Shown piece after piece: positions 26,669 through 39,509 of a DNA stretch of 64,000 nt. Made by a program: the position numbers and the translations under genes. Source of the DNA: Octopus vulgaris (Eukaryota); the NCBI GenBank assembly GCA_951406725.2, contig OX597826.1:29202001-29266000 (forward strand), read 5' to 3'. The notes below the pieces were generated by a model. The model was not told the origin of the DNA and did not search any database. It saw only the letters and a list, made by a program, of their open reading frames with translations. Numbering within the stretch: the stretch's first letter is position 1; each line of letters starts with the position of its first letter.

Positions 26669-27640
26669 CATTATATATATATAATATAATATAAATAATA
26701 TACACACATATATGTACATACCTACATATATATGTATATATACATGTGTATATGGGTACAGGATGTCAACAAAATGAGAAACGAGAACATAAAAACAAAA
26801 ACATAGAAAACCAACTTTTTTCAAACAACGAAAAAAAACCCCAGAGAAATGAGACATGCAACATAAAAAAATATTCCCCTTCATCAGTTGTCCCCTGTTT
26901 TATCTACTCCACATTTCAAAAGTAGGGACTAGACCATTTCTCATTTTGCTGATGTTTTTTTGATGTCCTTGACCCATATATACATGTATATATACATATA
27001 TATGTAGGTATGTACATATATTACGTATATATGCATATATTTATATATCATTTATATTTTATATATATGTGTGTGTGTGTGTATTCTTTTATTCTTTTAC
27101 TTGTTTCAGTCATTTGACTGCCGCCATGTGGGAGCACCACCTTTAGTCGACCAAATCAACCCCATGACATATTCCTTGTAAGCCTAGTACTATTCTATCA
27201 GTCTCTGTTGCCAAACCACTACGTTACTGGTCACGTCAACAAACCAATATCGGCTGTCAAATGATGGTTGGTGGCGGGACAAACACACACACAAATACAT
27301 ACATGCATACAAACATATCAGAAATTTGCAATATCTCCATAACTACCATCTCAGCTATAACCTTGGAGCCTTAGTAATCCATTACAGTACTTACCCAGCG
27401 TACCTAATCATTTAGATCACATGTGAACTAAACCTCCATATTTTGTACATACATACATACATATATATATATATATGACAGGCTTCCTTCAGTTTCTATC
27501 TGCCAAATCCACTCACAAGGCTTTGGTCAACCCATGGCTATAGTAGAAGACACTTGCCCAAGGTGTCACACAGTGGGACTGAACCCGGAACCATGTGGTT
27601 GGGAAGCAAGTTTCTTATCACACAGCCACTCCTGCACCTT

Positions 27641-27752
<112 letters not shown>

Positions 27753-28627
27753 TATACACACACACATGCATGCAAGTAAGCATATAAATGCAAAACAAGC
27801 TGTAAAAGATAGTACTAGACTACCGAAGGTAGAGTAATGCTCTTTTTTATTAAAGCTGCAAAAATATGCCCCCCCCCCCCAAAAAAAAAAAACTACTCAG
27901 ATTCATGCTGTCCAATGAATGGAAACAGGAAACTCTGTATAACAGGTTTTTTTGTGATGTTTTTGCACCTTTAAGGTGTGTTTGTATGTATGTATATACG
28001 TATGTATGTATGTATGCACATATGTGTGTATTTATGTATGTATGTATGTGTGTGTGTGTATGTATGTATGTATATATGTATGTATTTATGTGTGTATGTG
28101 GCTGTGTGGTAAGAAGTTTGCTTTCCAACCACATGATTCCAGGTTCAGTCTCACTACATGGCACCTTGAGCTAGTGTCTTCTACTATAGCCTCAGGCTCA
28201 CCAACGCCTTGTGAGTGAATTTGATAGATGGAAACTGAAAGAAGCCTGTCATGTGTGTGTATGTGTATATATATTCTCAAGACAGTGCTCCAGCATGACC
28301 ACAGTGAAATGATTGAAACAATTAAAAGAATAAAAGAATATATATACCATTGCTATTATGCAAAAGTGTTGTAAATCCAAAATGTTGCTTTTTCAGAAAA
28401 TGAAAAAAATAGTTTCACCATTCCATAGCAAAACTGTTGAACTTCACTTTGACAATTTTTGATATCTTGGCATCTGAAACAGCTGGCGATATGATAGTTT
28501 GACCAAAAGAACTGGATATTGCAAGCAAAAGTGAAAATCGAAAAAAATGCATTTGGCCAAATTTGAACATAGGACAGTTTAACATAATAACAATGATATA
28601 TATATATATATATATAGCAGTTATAAA

Positions 28628-28670
<43 letters not shown>

Positions 28671-28676
<6 letters not shown>

Positions 28677-28883
28677 TAAAGGACTGACCACTAAAAGTGG
28701 ACGGTCAACATGCTAGATATAGACGTCAAAATCGCTATTTTCCACGAAGAATGTGTTCTCAAATAAAAACTCAGCACAAAACAGTTTTTATTTGAGAACA
28801 CATTCTTCGTGGAAAATAGCTATTTTGACATCTATATCTAGCATGTTGACCGTCTACTTTTAGTGGTCAGTCCTTTAAATTTT
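28671..28883. repeat. Long near-perfect inverted repeat (~100-bp arms, ~11-nt loop)
   Basis: aaaatttaaaggactgaccactaaaagt...ctcaaataaaaact, loop, then agtttttatttgag...acttttagtggtcagtcctttaaatttt, with about 3 mismatches. Confidence 0.95.
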
Positions 28884-28969
28884 GTATGTAAAACTATTTT
28901 AATCTTCGGATTTTTTTAATATGCTAGGCCACTGGTTTTAACTGATTAATATCAATTTCTACCCTTATT

Positions 28970-29018
<49 letters not shown>

Positions 29019-29069
29019 TTATATATATACATATATATATATATGCATGTATACATATGAGTAGATATA

Positions 29070-29100
<31 letters not shown>

Positions 29101-29934
29101 TACATATATATACATGCATACATCTGTCCATGTGTACACACATTCATTTATGTATATGTATACATATAATATATATAGGCACAGGAGTGGCTGTGTGGTA
29201 AGAATCTTGCTTCCCAATCTCATGGTTTTGGGTTCAGTCCAACTGCATGGCACCTTTGGCAAGTGTCTTCTACTATAGCCTCAGGTCAACCAAAGCCCTA
29301 TGAGTGGATTTTCTGGACAGAAACTGAAAGAAGCCCATCGTATATATACATATGTATGTGTTTGTATGTTGATGTGTTTACGTCCCTGTAACTTAGTGGT
29401 TCAGTGAAAATGAAGATAGAATAAGTACTAGGCTTACAAAGAATAAGTCCTGGGGTAGATTTGTTCAACTAAAGGTGGTGCTCCAGCAAGGTCGCAGTCA
29501 AATGACTGAAGCAAAAATAGGAGAATAAAAAAAGAATATTTAGGTATTTTGTTATGAATTAGAGTTATGTAGGAATTAAACAAAAAGTGTATTGTCAGTT
29601 GAACAGCTTCCTGGTTACAGCAGTATGCTTTTGTATGAAGCTCTCACACACACACACACCCACTCAGACATGTATTTATGCATTCCCTCTGTGTGTGTGT
29701 GTGTGTGCATGCAATGCTCACATATTTATATCCGGAATTCAAAGAAAATGACAGTCTGGGTCAGCAATAAGTCGCTGATAGGGAAAGTTTTAGTGACACT
29801 GAAGAGTCTTGAATGCTAATGTTTTGGGTGGAGAAGGAACAGAGAAGACACACGCACTCACACAACAGGCTTCTTTCAGTTTCCATCCCCCCTCACTCAT
29901 ATGTGTGTGTGTGTGTGTGTATACATATTTATGT

Positions 29935-29970
<36 letters not shown>

Positions 29971-30077
29971 ATATATATGTGTGTGTATATATATATATGT
30001 GTATATATATATGTGTGTATATATATATGTATATATATATATATGTATATATATATATGTATATATATATATGTGTG

Positions 30078-30178
<101 letters not shown>

Positions 30179-30453
30179 GCATATCCTGTATATGTGTGTG
30201 TGTGTCTTTGTTTCTATATTTGTCACCCCACTACCACTTGACAGCTGCTGTCAGTGTGTTTACATTCCCTTAACTTAGCATTTTGGCAAAAGAGACTGAT
30301 ATAATAAGTGACAGTCTGAACAAAAAAAAAAGTACTGGAGTCAATTCATTCAACTGAAACTTTTTTGTACGACAGTGCCCCACCATGGCCTCAGTCTAAT
30401 GACTGAAACAAGTATAAGATAAAGATATAAAGAGTTGATGGAGAGGTGTGACG

Positions 30454-30555
30454 TTGTTGGATCAGGTAATGAAAGTCACGGAGAGGGTCATAGCCCAACT
30501 AATTAGAGAGTTAGTCTAGACGAGATGCAGTTTGGGTTTGTGCCAAGGAGAAGCC
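30454..30555 (+). mobile_element. RTE-clade LINE reverse-transcriptase fragment
   Basis: LLDQVMKVTERVIAQLIRE / LDEMQFGFVPRRS with a frameshift; QFGF is the non-LTR RT motif. Confidence 0.75.
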
Positions 30556-32989
30556 GTAGGTAATGGTTTTAATGTGGTTATAATAGACACTTGTAGGGCT
30601 GTCCTCAATATTTGTCCTTGTTTTACGTCTTTTCATTTTGTTTGTAGTTCATAACACAGTAAGCCTTTCAAATGTGTATGTTTATATATGTAAATTATAT
30701 TCATAACGTATTTGTGTGTGTATGTATGTAGATGTCTATATATGTGCTTGTATATTTGTGTACGTATATGTATGTACATTAATTTATATATACATATGTG
30801 TGTGTGTGTTTGTATACATATTATTTGTAGATTTGGGCAAGTGTATGTGTGTGTGTGTTTGTGTATAAATGTTTGTATGTATGTATAAGGTTCAGTTGAC
30901 AACAGAGTTACTTTGTCTGAATATTTTTGCAGCAGGTAAACATATAAACTAGTACAACCTGTTTACTTGTTTATAACTGCAATATCAGTAACTTTAGAAT
31001 GGCCACACACACACACACATTCCTTGTGTGCATATGTGCTTATATGGTTCAATGTCTGGCTTTCATGTTCCCAATATACATGTATATGTATGCGCGTGCA
31101 CACAAACACACACACACAAACACATGCTCATACGTATATCTAGTTGTTTGCTGAGATGGAGTGGTCAAGCTTAATACTTGTTCCAGTTGCCACATGTGTT
31201 GAAGTTCCTTTCTCTTTTCCTTTTTCTTTCTCTGACACGGAAATAACAATAAACCAACAATTACTTCTGGTGTTAAGTCACCAATTTAAAAGATTCCTGG
31301 GCAGGGCTTCAACCACGAATTTAATTCTATTTAATTCTTTGTTGGGTGACTACATTATTACCCATTTCCTGTTCTTCCTTTGGAGTGACAATGACCATCT
31401 AGTCAGCCTTGTTCTCTCGTCTGTGACCATCTTCAATCCAGTGTCAAGGCCAAGTCAAGATGAGTGGGGATGGAGACAAATGCAGTTGTCATCCCTTCCT
31501 TTGGACCATTAAGGTTTCTTCCCCAGAAACTGCCAAATCCAACTCACAAGGCGGTGATCTGGCAGACACTTTAGCATGCCGAGTGAAATGCTTAACAGTA
31601 TTTTGTCTGCCATTATTGACTTAATCCCTTTGTCTGTCCTTGTTTGTCTCCTCTATGTTTAGCCCCTTGTAGGCAATAAAGAAATAAGAAACTGCCAGAT
31701 CCTCTCTTCACATGCATAAGTATACAAGCACCAATATGTTAATTAGCCTATAGCTGGGACCTTGACGGATGATGTTACTCCAGTGCAAAGTAGACCACTG
31801 AACAGTAGTAACTAAGACCTGCTTCCACACTCCTCAAAACCCTGGAACTCCCAAACGAGGGCCTCTCTACCAGATTCAGTTTAATATCATACCCAAGGTG
31901 TACTCTAGAGGTTTGTGTCTTTGTTGCTAGGATGTTGGACTCATGATAGTAAGATTGTGGTTTCAATTTGTGGACCGGGTGGCATGTTGGGTTTCTTAAG
32001 CAAGATACTTTATTCCACAATGCTCCAGCCCACTCAGCTAGCAAAAATGAGTAACCCTGTAATGGACACACGTCCTGTCAAAGCAGGGAATTTATATATC
32101 ACAGAAACCGGGAAGCTGGCCCTTTTGAGTCACCATTACTTGAGAAGATAACTTTACCTTACCTCACTTAGGATTTGAGCTACAAGAATGATGATATTTT
32201 CCTTACAACTATAGCTAACCTTTACAGTACTGTTATTGAACAGCTTATTGTATTTGTAGTTGATACAAAATTTTTTCTAAAAAGAATAAAAAACTGCCGA
32301 GAAACACCAGATTATATCAGAAGCTATTCTTATTAATATTCATATTAAAGCGTAGGTTGAAGCAATGTGCTCATTTTATAAATTATAATTTATACAATGA
32401 CTATGAATTAAACATTTGAACATGCATTTTGTTATATGATCCTCTCCACCTGATATTATTCTTACAGATGTGTTGAATGTTCCCTACCTTACAACTGTGT
32501 GTATGTACATGTATGTGTGTGTGTGTGTGTGTGTTAGTAATCTCTGAAGAATTATTATATCACCAGGTAACAGCCCATACATCACTACTACAACCACACT
32601 GTTGGAAATTCAATGATTTCTCTCTGTCACCAACAACTGTTGTCTACTGAGAGTTTTCCAGCCATACACTACGATGGACATAGGAGTTGATGTAGTTGAC
32701 CAACTCACTTCCCCTAAAATTTCTGGCATTTATTTGCCATATTTTCTAGCATACAATTCAACATAGTATATTGTGTAACCATGTAGTGTAAAAAGTTTGT
32801 AACGCAATAACATGGTTCAAGGTTCAGTCCCACTGCATGGCACTTTGGGCAAGTGTCTCCTACTATAGCCTTGGGCTGACCAAAGCTTTGTGTGTGGGTT
32901 TGATAGACAGAAACTGAAAGAAGCATGTGGTATATACGCACACACACATGTGTGTGTGTGTTGTCTCCGTGTCTGTGATTGTCCTCCAC

Positions 32990-33229
32990 CTGACAACTGG
33001 TGTTGGTTCATTTACATCCCTGACAACTGGTGTTGGTTCATTTACATCCCCGACAACTGATGTTGGTTCATTTACATCCCTGACAACTGATATTGGTTCA
33101 TTTATATCCCTGACAACAGGTGTTGGTTCATTTACATCCCTGATAACTGGTGTTGGTTCATTTACATCCCTGATAACTGGTGTCGGTTCATTTACATCCC
33201 TGACAACTGGTGTCAGTTCATTTACACCT
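32990..33229. repeat. 30-bp minisatellite, 8 copies, inside a SINE
   Basis: Unit CTGACAACTGGTGTTGGTTCATTTACATCC, an amplified internal segment of the host tRNA-derived SINE. Confidence 0.95.
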
Positions 33230-33904
33230 CTGTCACTTAGCAGTTTAGCAAAACAGATCAAAGTGCCAGGCTCAAAAAAAAAAGTAGGTACAAATGTCAA
33301 TTCGTTCAACTAAAATTTCTTCAAGGCAGTGCTCCAGCATGGCCACAGTCTGACAACTGAAACAAACAAAATGTAAAAGATTCAAACATCATTCTTGTCT
33401 TTCCAAATCCTGCCACATTTTCTCTTGGAATTTTTGCTCTGCCAAAGTCTTCTCTGTGTAGAAGTCAATCTGGCTGTGAATTTTGGTGTGAAATCTTGTC
33501 TGCCAGAACATCTGGATATTCACTCCAATATGGTCCTGCTGCCACCATAAATATCTGACCTTCATTCAGTTGATCTATAAATTAAAAAAAATATTAAAAA
33601 CCAATAAAAGTCCTTAAATTTTTTTGTTTTGTTTTTCTTTGGGGGGGTTCTTTGATATTCTTTTCTACTCTAGGCACAAGGCCCAGAATTTTGGGGGAGT
33701 GGGGGCAGTTGATTAGATTGACCCCAGTACACAACTGGGACTTTATTTACATTATTTACATTCAATGGATATTTGTTCTCATCTTGTTTGTTGTTAACAC
33801 AATGTTTTAGCTGATATACCCTCCAGCCTTCTTCAAGTGTCTTGAATAATAACAACATCGAAAACTACCTTAGGAATGAGAACCCAGGTTCGAAATTTCT
33901 CCAA

Positions 33905-33950
33905 GACACCTGATGAAGGCTGAAGGGTACATCAACCGAAACATTGTGTT
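33905..33950 (+). ncRNA. Hammerhead-like motif, slightly degenerate, with an inverted partner copy at ~33781-33845
   Basis: gacac-CTGATGA-a-ggctga...tcaacc-GAAAC-att-gtgtt; stem I is gacac/gtgtt. The opposite-strand copy reads gacacTTGAAGAaggctggagggtatatcagctAAAACattgtgtt. Confidence 0.5.
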
Positions 33951-34790
33951 GACAACAAACAACATAGAGGGGACAAACAAGGACAGACAAACGAATCAAG
34001 TCAATTATATCGACCCCAGTACGTAACTGGTACTTAATTTATCGACCCCGAAAGGATGAAAAGCAAAGTCGACCTCGGCGGAATTTGAACTCAGAACATA
34101 ACAGCAGAAGAAATATGGCTACGCATTTTGCTCAGCGTGCTAACGTTTCTGCCAGCTCGCCGCCTTAGCAACAAATTATATTACAGCAGATCCCCATCTT
34201 GCTTTCATACATAACGTAACGTTATGGTCCATACATAAATGCAGAACATTACATACATATATTCTTTTCTACTCTAGGCACAAGGCCTGAAATTTTTTGG
34301 GGGTGGGCAGTCAATTAGATCGACCTCAGTACACAACTGGTACTTAATTTATTGACCCTGAAAGAATGAAAGACAAAGTCAACCTCAGTAGAATTTAAAC
34401 TCAGAGCGCAAAGACAGACGAAATACCACTAAGCATTTTGCCCAGCATGCTAACGGTTCTTCCAGCTCACAACCTTTTTTGTTTGTTTGATATTGTTTGC
34501 TGTGAATATGTAACTGGAAATATTGTGTTCATTGCTTACACTGTTAGTTGTTGTTGAGGTGGTGGTTGTTTGTGGCCCCTATCCATGACCTCTTTGTAGG
34601 TCAAGCAGACCTAAGATCACTGGTGTTCCATCCATGACCTCAACTGCTTTTTCTTCATGCGCATTGTAATATCTATGACTGCATTACTGATGATTGTAGG
34701 AACAGTGAGTATTAGTGATGGTGGTGATGATAGGGAGGGGCTGAAGGTGGTTGTGGTGGTGGTGGTGGTGATGTCTGTGGTACATGTAGG

Positions 34791-34942
34791 CTAGTGTTGT
34801 TTGCTATGATGGTGGTGGTGATAGTCATAAAAATAATCATAGGGGCGAAGATGATGGTGGTGGTGGTGGTTATCCTCATCATTATCCTCGCCAGCAGCAG
34901 GAGCTTCTATGATTCCATGAGCAATTCTGGTGCCTCCATATT
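34791..34942 (-). other. Candidate antisense 3' exon inside the long TRAP1 intron
   Basis: Strong acceptor tatgttatttcttttattctacAG. Phase 0 reads NMEAPELLMES* (stop ends at 34907); phase 1 reads (x)YGGTRIAHGIIEAPAAGEDNDEDNHHHHHHLRPYDYFYDYHHHHHSKQH*. Confidence 0.4.
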
Positions 34943-35104
34943 CTGTAGAATAAAAGAAATAACATAAATATTCCAAGCATTGTCTGAAAGTTTCTATCAA
35001 TTATTCATGCTATCCAAATGATTAGTATCACTAACGATCGACTAATATATAATACATACATATAGATATAGATATAATATATATACATATATATCTATAT
35101 ATAC

Positions 35105-35137
<33 letters not shown>

Positions 35138-35383
35138 TAGATATATATGTATATATATTATATATATATCTATATGTATGTATTATAAATTAGTCGATAT
35201 ATATATACACACACACACACATATATATCTATATATATCTATATATTGATTTTTTGTTTATTTTTATTCATTCTTTTGTTTCTTTATTTAGTAATTATCC
35301 AGGGACATAAACGACATTATCACCTTTGGTAACCAAACTTAATTATGGTTTATATTTAATGTCACAGAAATTACTGCGCTGCT

Positions 35384-35529
35384 GTGATTATCATTATTAT
35401 TATTATTATTATCATCATCATCATCGTCGTCGTCATCGTCATCATTATCATCATCATCATCATCATCATCATCATTATTGTTATCATCATCATTATTATC
35501 ATCGTCGTCGTCGTTGTTGTTGTTATTAC

Positions 35530-35560
<31 letters not shown>
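35384..35560. repeat. Compound trinucleotide microsatellite (TAT/CAT/CGT/TGT); one of many (TA)n, (CA)n, (GA)n and trinucleotide tracts
   Basis: Directly visible; gives the spurious poly-I/H/M ORFs in the track. Confidence 0.95.
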
Positions 35561-37498
35561 GCTGATGCTCTGTTTTGGTTTTTTTTCTCTTTATGCTTGC
35601 ATCTATCTACATATGGATAGTAACTGTAATGTATCTCACTCCTAGGATGAAGTATGTGTGTGTGAGTAAGTGTGTGTGGGGGGGTTAACACCACAAATGT
35701 GATTAACCACCACCACCACCACTATCATTATTACTACCACTACCACCAACATCATCATCGTCATCATCATTTTCGTCTTAATGTTCACTTTTCCAAGTTG
35801 ACATGATTCAGATGGAATTTATTTGGGGTAGGTTTTGTTGCAGCTGGATGCCCTTCCTGTCAACAACCCTCACCTGTTTCCAAGCAACGAAATATTTCCC
35901 CATGGCCAGACATATTTTCGCAGAATATTGTAAATGAGTGACATTCATTTACAACAATTGTGTGTATATGTATATGTGTGTGCGTGTATGTATATATATA
36001 TATAGGAATAGGAGTGGCTGGGCTGTGTGGTAAGTAGCTTGCTTACCAACTACATGGTTTGGGGTTCAGTCCCACTGCATGGCACCTTGGGTGTCTTCTA
36101 TCGGGCCGACCAAAGCCTTGTGAGTGGATTTAGTAGACGGAAACTGAAAGAAGCCCATCATATATATGTGTGTATATGCTTGTGTGTCTGTGTTTGTCTT
36201 CCCCCAACATCGCTTGACAACTGATGCTGGTGTGTTTACGTCTTCGTAACTTAGCAGTTTGGCAAAAGAAACCAATAGAATAAGTACTAGGCTTACAAAG
36301 AATAAGTCCTGGGGTCGATTTGCTCGACTAAAGGCGGTGCTCCAGCATGGCCACAGTTAAATGACTGAAACAAGTAAAAGAGTAAAGAGTAAAAAGAGAG
36401 TATATACATACAAAGAGAGTATATATATGTATACATATATATATATAAGTTTCTTATTCTTTTATTGCCCACGAGGAGCTAATTATAGAGGGGACAAACA
36501 AGGATAGACAAAGGGATTAAGTCAATTATATTGACCCTAGTTTCTTAACTGGTACTTAATTTATCAACCTGAAAGGATGAAAGGCAACCTCGGCGGTATT
36601 TGAACTCAGAACGTAACAGTAGATGAAATATCGCTGAGCATTTCGTCCAGCGTGCTAACGTTTCTGCCAGCTCACTGTTTGGTAAGAAGCAGACTTCTTA
36701 CCAAATAGCCATGCCTGTCTTACACCAGTTGTGTGTGAGAGAGAGAGAGAGAGGAGACGGGCATCCATCGGTAGAATCCTTGCCAAAGCAAACAGTGAAG
36801 ATTGGCTCAGTTTTCTGGCTCACCAGTTCCTGTCGAACTGTCCAGCCCATGCCAACATGAGGAACAGACATTCAGTGGTGGTGATGATGATGCTGATGAT
36901 GATGTACATGTGTGTGTTGATGTGTATATGTGTTTTGCATCTGCTTCTTTCGGCATCGTGCATTAATCGGAAAGAACTTTGTCTTCATTTCTCCGTCACA
37001 CAAACGGTGTTTCTTTTGCAATTATCCCTGAAAGATGTGTCCATCCATTTGCACCACTTGATGCTCAGGGAACAACAGGAAAAACATTATCGAGTGCGGG
37101 TTGGTGACAGGAACAGCATCCCAGCCATGGAAGATCTGCCTCAACAAATTTCATTTGACCTAATCAAGTCTAGAAAAGTGGCAGCTAAAATAATGATGAT
37201 GATGATGATGATGGCAAAGACAACAAATATAAAAGAGATGAGAGTCCCTGTGTGTTGAAAGTATCTGTATCATGGGATGGGGATGGGGGTGGGGTGTGGT
37301 TACGTAAACAATCTATTCACCATTAGTCTCACCCCCACCCTCCCCATCTTCTTCCATTTCTTTTCCTTCGTTTCTCTTTCTTAATTATTTGGAAGCTTGG
37401 AATACCGGGCCAAGCTATTCAATGGAAGCTGTATTCATAAGACTCATTTGTTTGCAGAGAATATCTGTGTGTGTGTGTGTGTGTGTCGAAAGCTTTTT

Positions 37499-37539
<41 letters not shown>

Positions 37540-37555
37540 TATACATACATATATA

Positions 37556-37597
<42 letters not shown>

Positions 37598-37628
37598 GAT
37601 ACACACATATATATACATATATATATAG

Positions 37629-37701
37629 TTGTATGTATGTATAAAATTCATGCAGAAGGCAGTTTGCAATGTTTCACCAACAAGGAAAATTATAACTGTC
37701 C

Positions 37702-37790
<89 letters not shown>

Positions 37791-37860
37791 GACAGTTATA
37801 ATTTTCCTTGTTGGTGAAACATTGCAAACTGCCTTCTGTATGAATTTATACATACATACA
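37629..37860. repeat. Inverted repeat with ~75-bp arms around a (TA)/(TG) spacer
   Basis: ttgtatgtatgtataaaattcatgcagaaggc...ataactgtccctaat versus attagagacagttat...gccttctgtatgaatttatacatacatacaa. Confidence 0.92.
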
Positions 37861-37861
37861 A

Positions 37862-37905
<44 letters not shown>

Positions 37906-37996
37906 GTATCTAACTTTTTTGAAATGGTAGATCTTATGACATCACCATGTGTGTGTGTGTGTGTGTGTGTGTGTACGTACATTCACACACACACAG

Positions 37997-38031
<35 letters not shown>

Positions 38032-38061
38032 GAGGTGGGTGTGTAGTGTTGCTAGACTTAC

Positions 38062-38170
38062 TGTCAGTCTATCTGAATAATTAGGGTACCACAAAGAGGA
38101 TTTCATTAATAGGTTAAAAAACGAATATCTAGAGTTTACTTTAGAGCATAGTGACAACATGGAGACATTT
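38062..38170 (-). other. Candidate antisense exon inside the long TRAP1 intron
   Basis: Acceptor ttctgccccgcccccattgtAG and consensus donor GTAAGT. 109 nt; one frame open: NVSMLSLCSKVNSRYSFFNLLMKSSLWYPNYSDRLT. Confidence 0.45.
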
Positions 38171-39065
38171 CTACAATGGGGGCGGGGCAGAATGTAATAA
38201 TCTGTGTGTGTGTGTGTATGTATTGAATCTATATGTGAGTGGATGTTTTTCGATTTGATTTCTTTTTTATGTTAACTTTACTTTTTATTGAAACTGGGAC
38301 ACGCAGTTGTTGTTGTTTGTTTAGCCCCAGGTCAGTCTTCATTGAGCAGATCCATGATCAGAAGCGTTACAATTGTTCTTAAATATTTTCTACTTCCATT
38401 TTTTTCTCTTTTTTTTTTTTCTCTCTGGCATAATGTATCAAGGACTATATCATCTGATGTCCCTTTCAATTTTTCTGTATAAATAGAAATGGAAAGTAGT
38501 GTTTGATATTTCGGAGATTTGGGCTACTTGTGTGTGTGTGTGTGATTTTCATCTGAGAGAAAAACTGTATATGTGTGTGTGTGTGTGATTTTCATCTGAG
38601 AGAAAAACTGTATATGTGTGTGTGTATATATAGAACAAGTAGAAAGATATATTTTTCAATGCGTAAATACTGACAGAGCAGCATATGTAGGACAAAGTCC
38701 TTTATGACATAATATATATATGTGTGTGTGTTTGTGTATTGTATATATACACACATGAGTGTGTGTGTTTGTGTCTGTGTATCTACACATCCACAAATAT
38801 ACATATTTGTATGTGTGTATACATGTGTGCACACATATTCTCTATCTTTTACTTGTTTCAGGCATTGGTCGACAGCCATGCCGGAACACCACCTTGAAAA
38901 GCGTATATTTCCACCCTGGCGGGCAATTGATCCCCAACCTCCTGTGTGACAGGCCAGCATAGTTACCACTATACTATCACATTGTGGCTCTCTCTCTCCA
39001 TATGTATGTGTGTACACATGTATAAGTATATATGCATATATACATGTTTATGTCCCACACTCTAA

Positions 39066-39103
<38 letters not shown>

Positions 39104-39473
39104 CATACGCACACACACACACACACACATATATGAGGAGGGGACCCCCTTCGGTGTTGTATGACCATGAGATTGCACCTAGAAAGTTCCCCTCCAAGGC
39201 ACAAGTCCAAGCAAGGTTGTTTATGGAAGACCAGCAGTGGCTCAAGCATACCAGCCTACCTTCTCCACACCACTGATGTTACCCAAGGGAAAGACAAAGG
39301 GTCCGATACCGCTTGGCACCAGTAATGTTGCAACTCAGCTGAGATAACTGGAGCAACGTGAAATAAAGTGCCATGCTCAAGGACACAAAATGCAGCCCGG
39401 TCCAGGAATCGAAATCAAACTCACAACTTCATGATCGTGAGCTCGACGCTCTAACCACTGAGCCATGTGCCTT

Positions 39474-39509
<36 letters not shown>

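Noticed and set aside
31144-31512. 122-aa hydrophobic ORF
   Set aside because: Non-ATG start, no recognisable motif or splice context; composition explained by T-rich sequence.
32863-33313. Repeat protein (DVNEPTPVVR)n
   Set aside because: Translation of a 30-bp minisatellite inside a SINE; no splice or start context.
38530-38625. Exact 42-bp tandem duplication between (TG)n tracts
   Set aside because: Most simply slippage or an assembly artefact; no functional signal.
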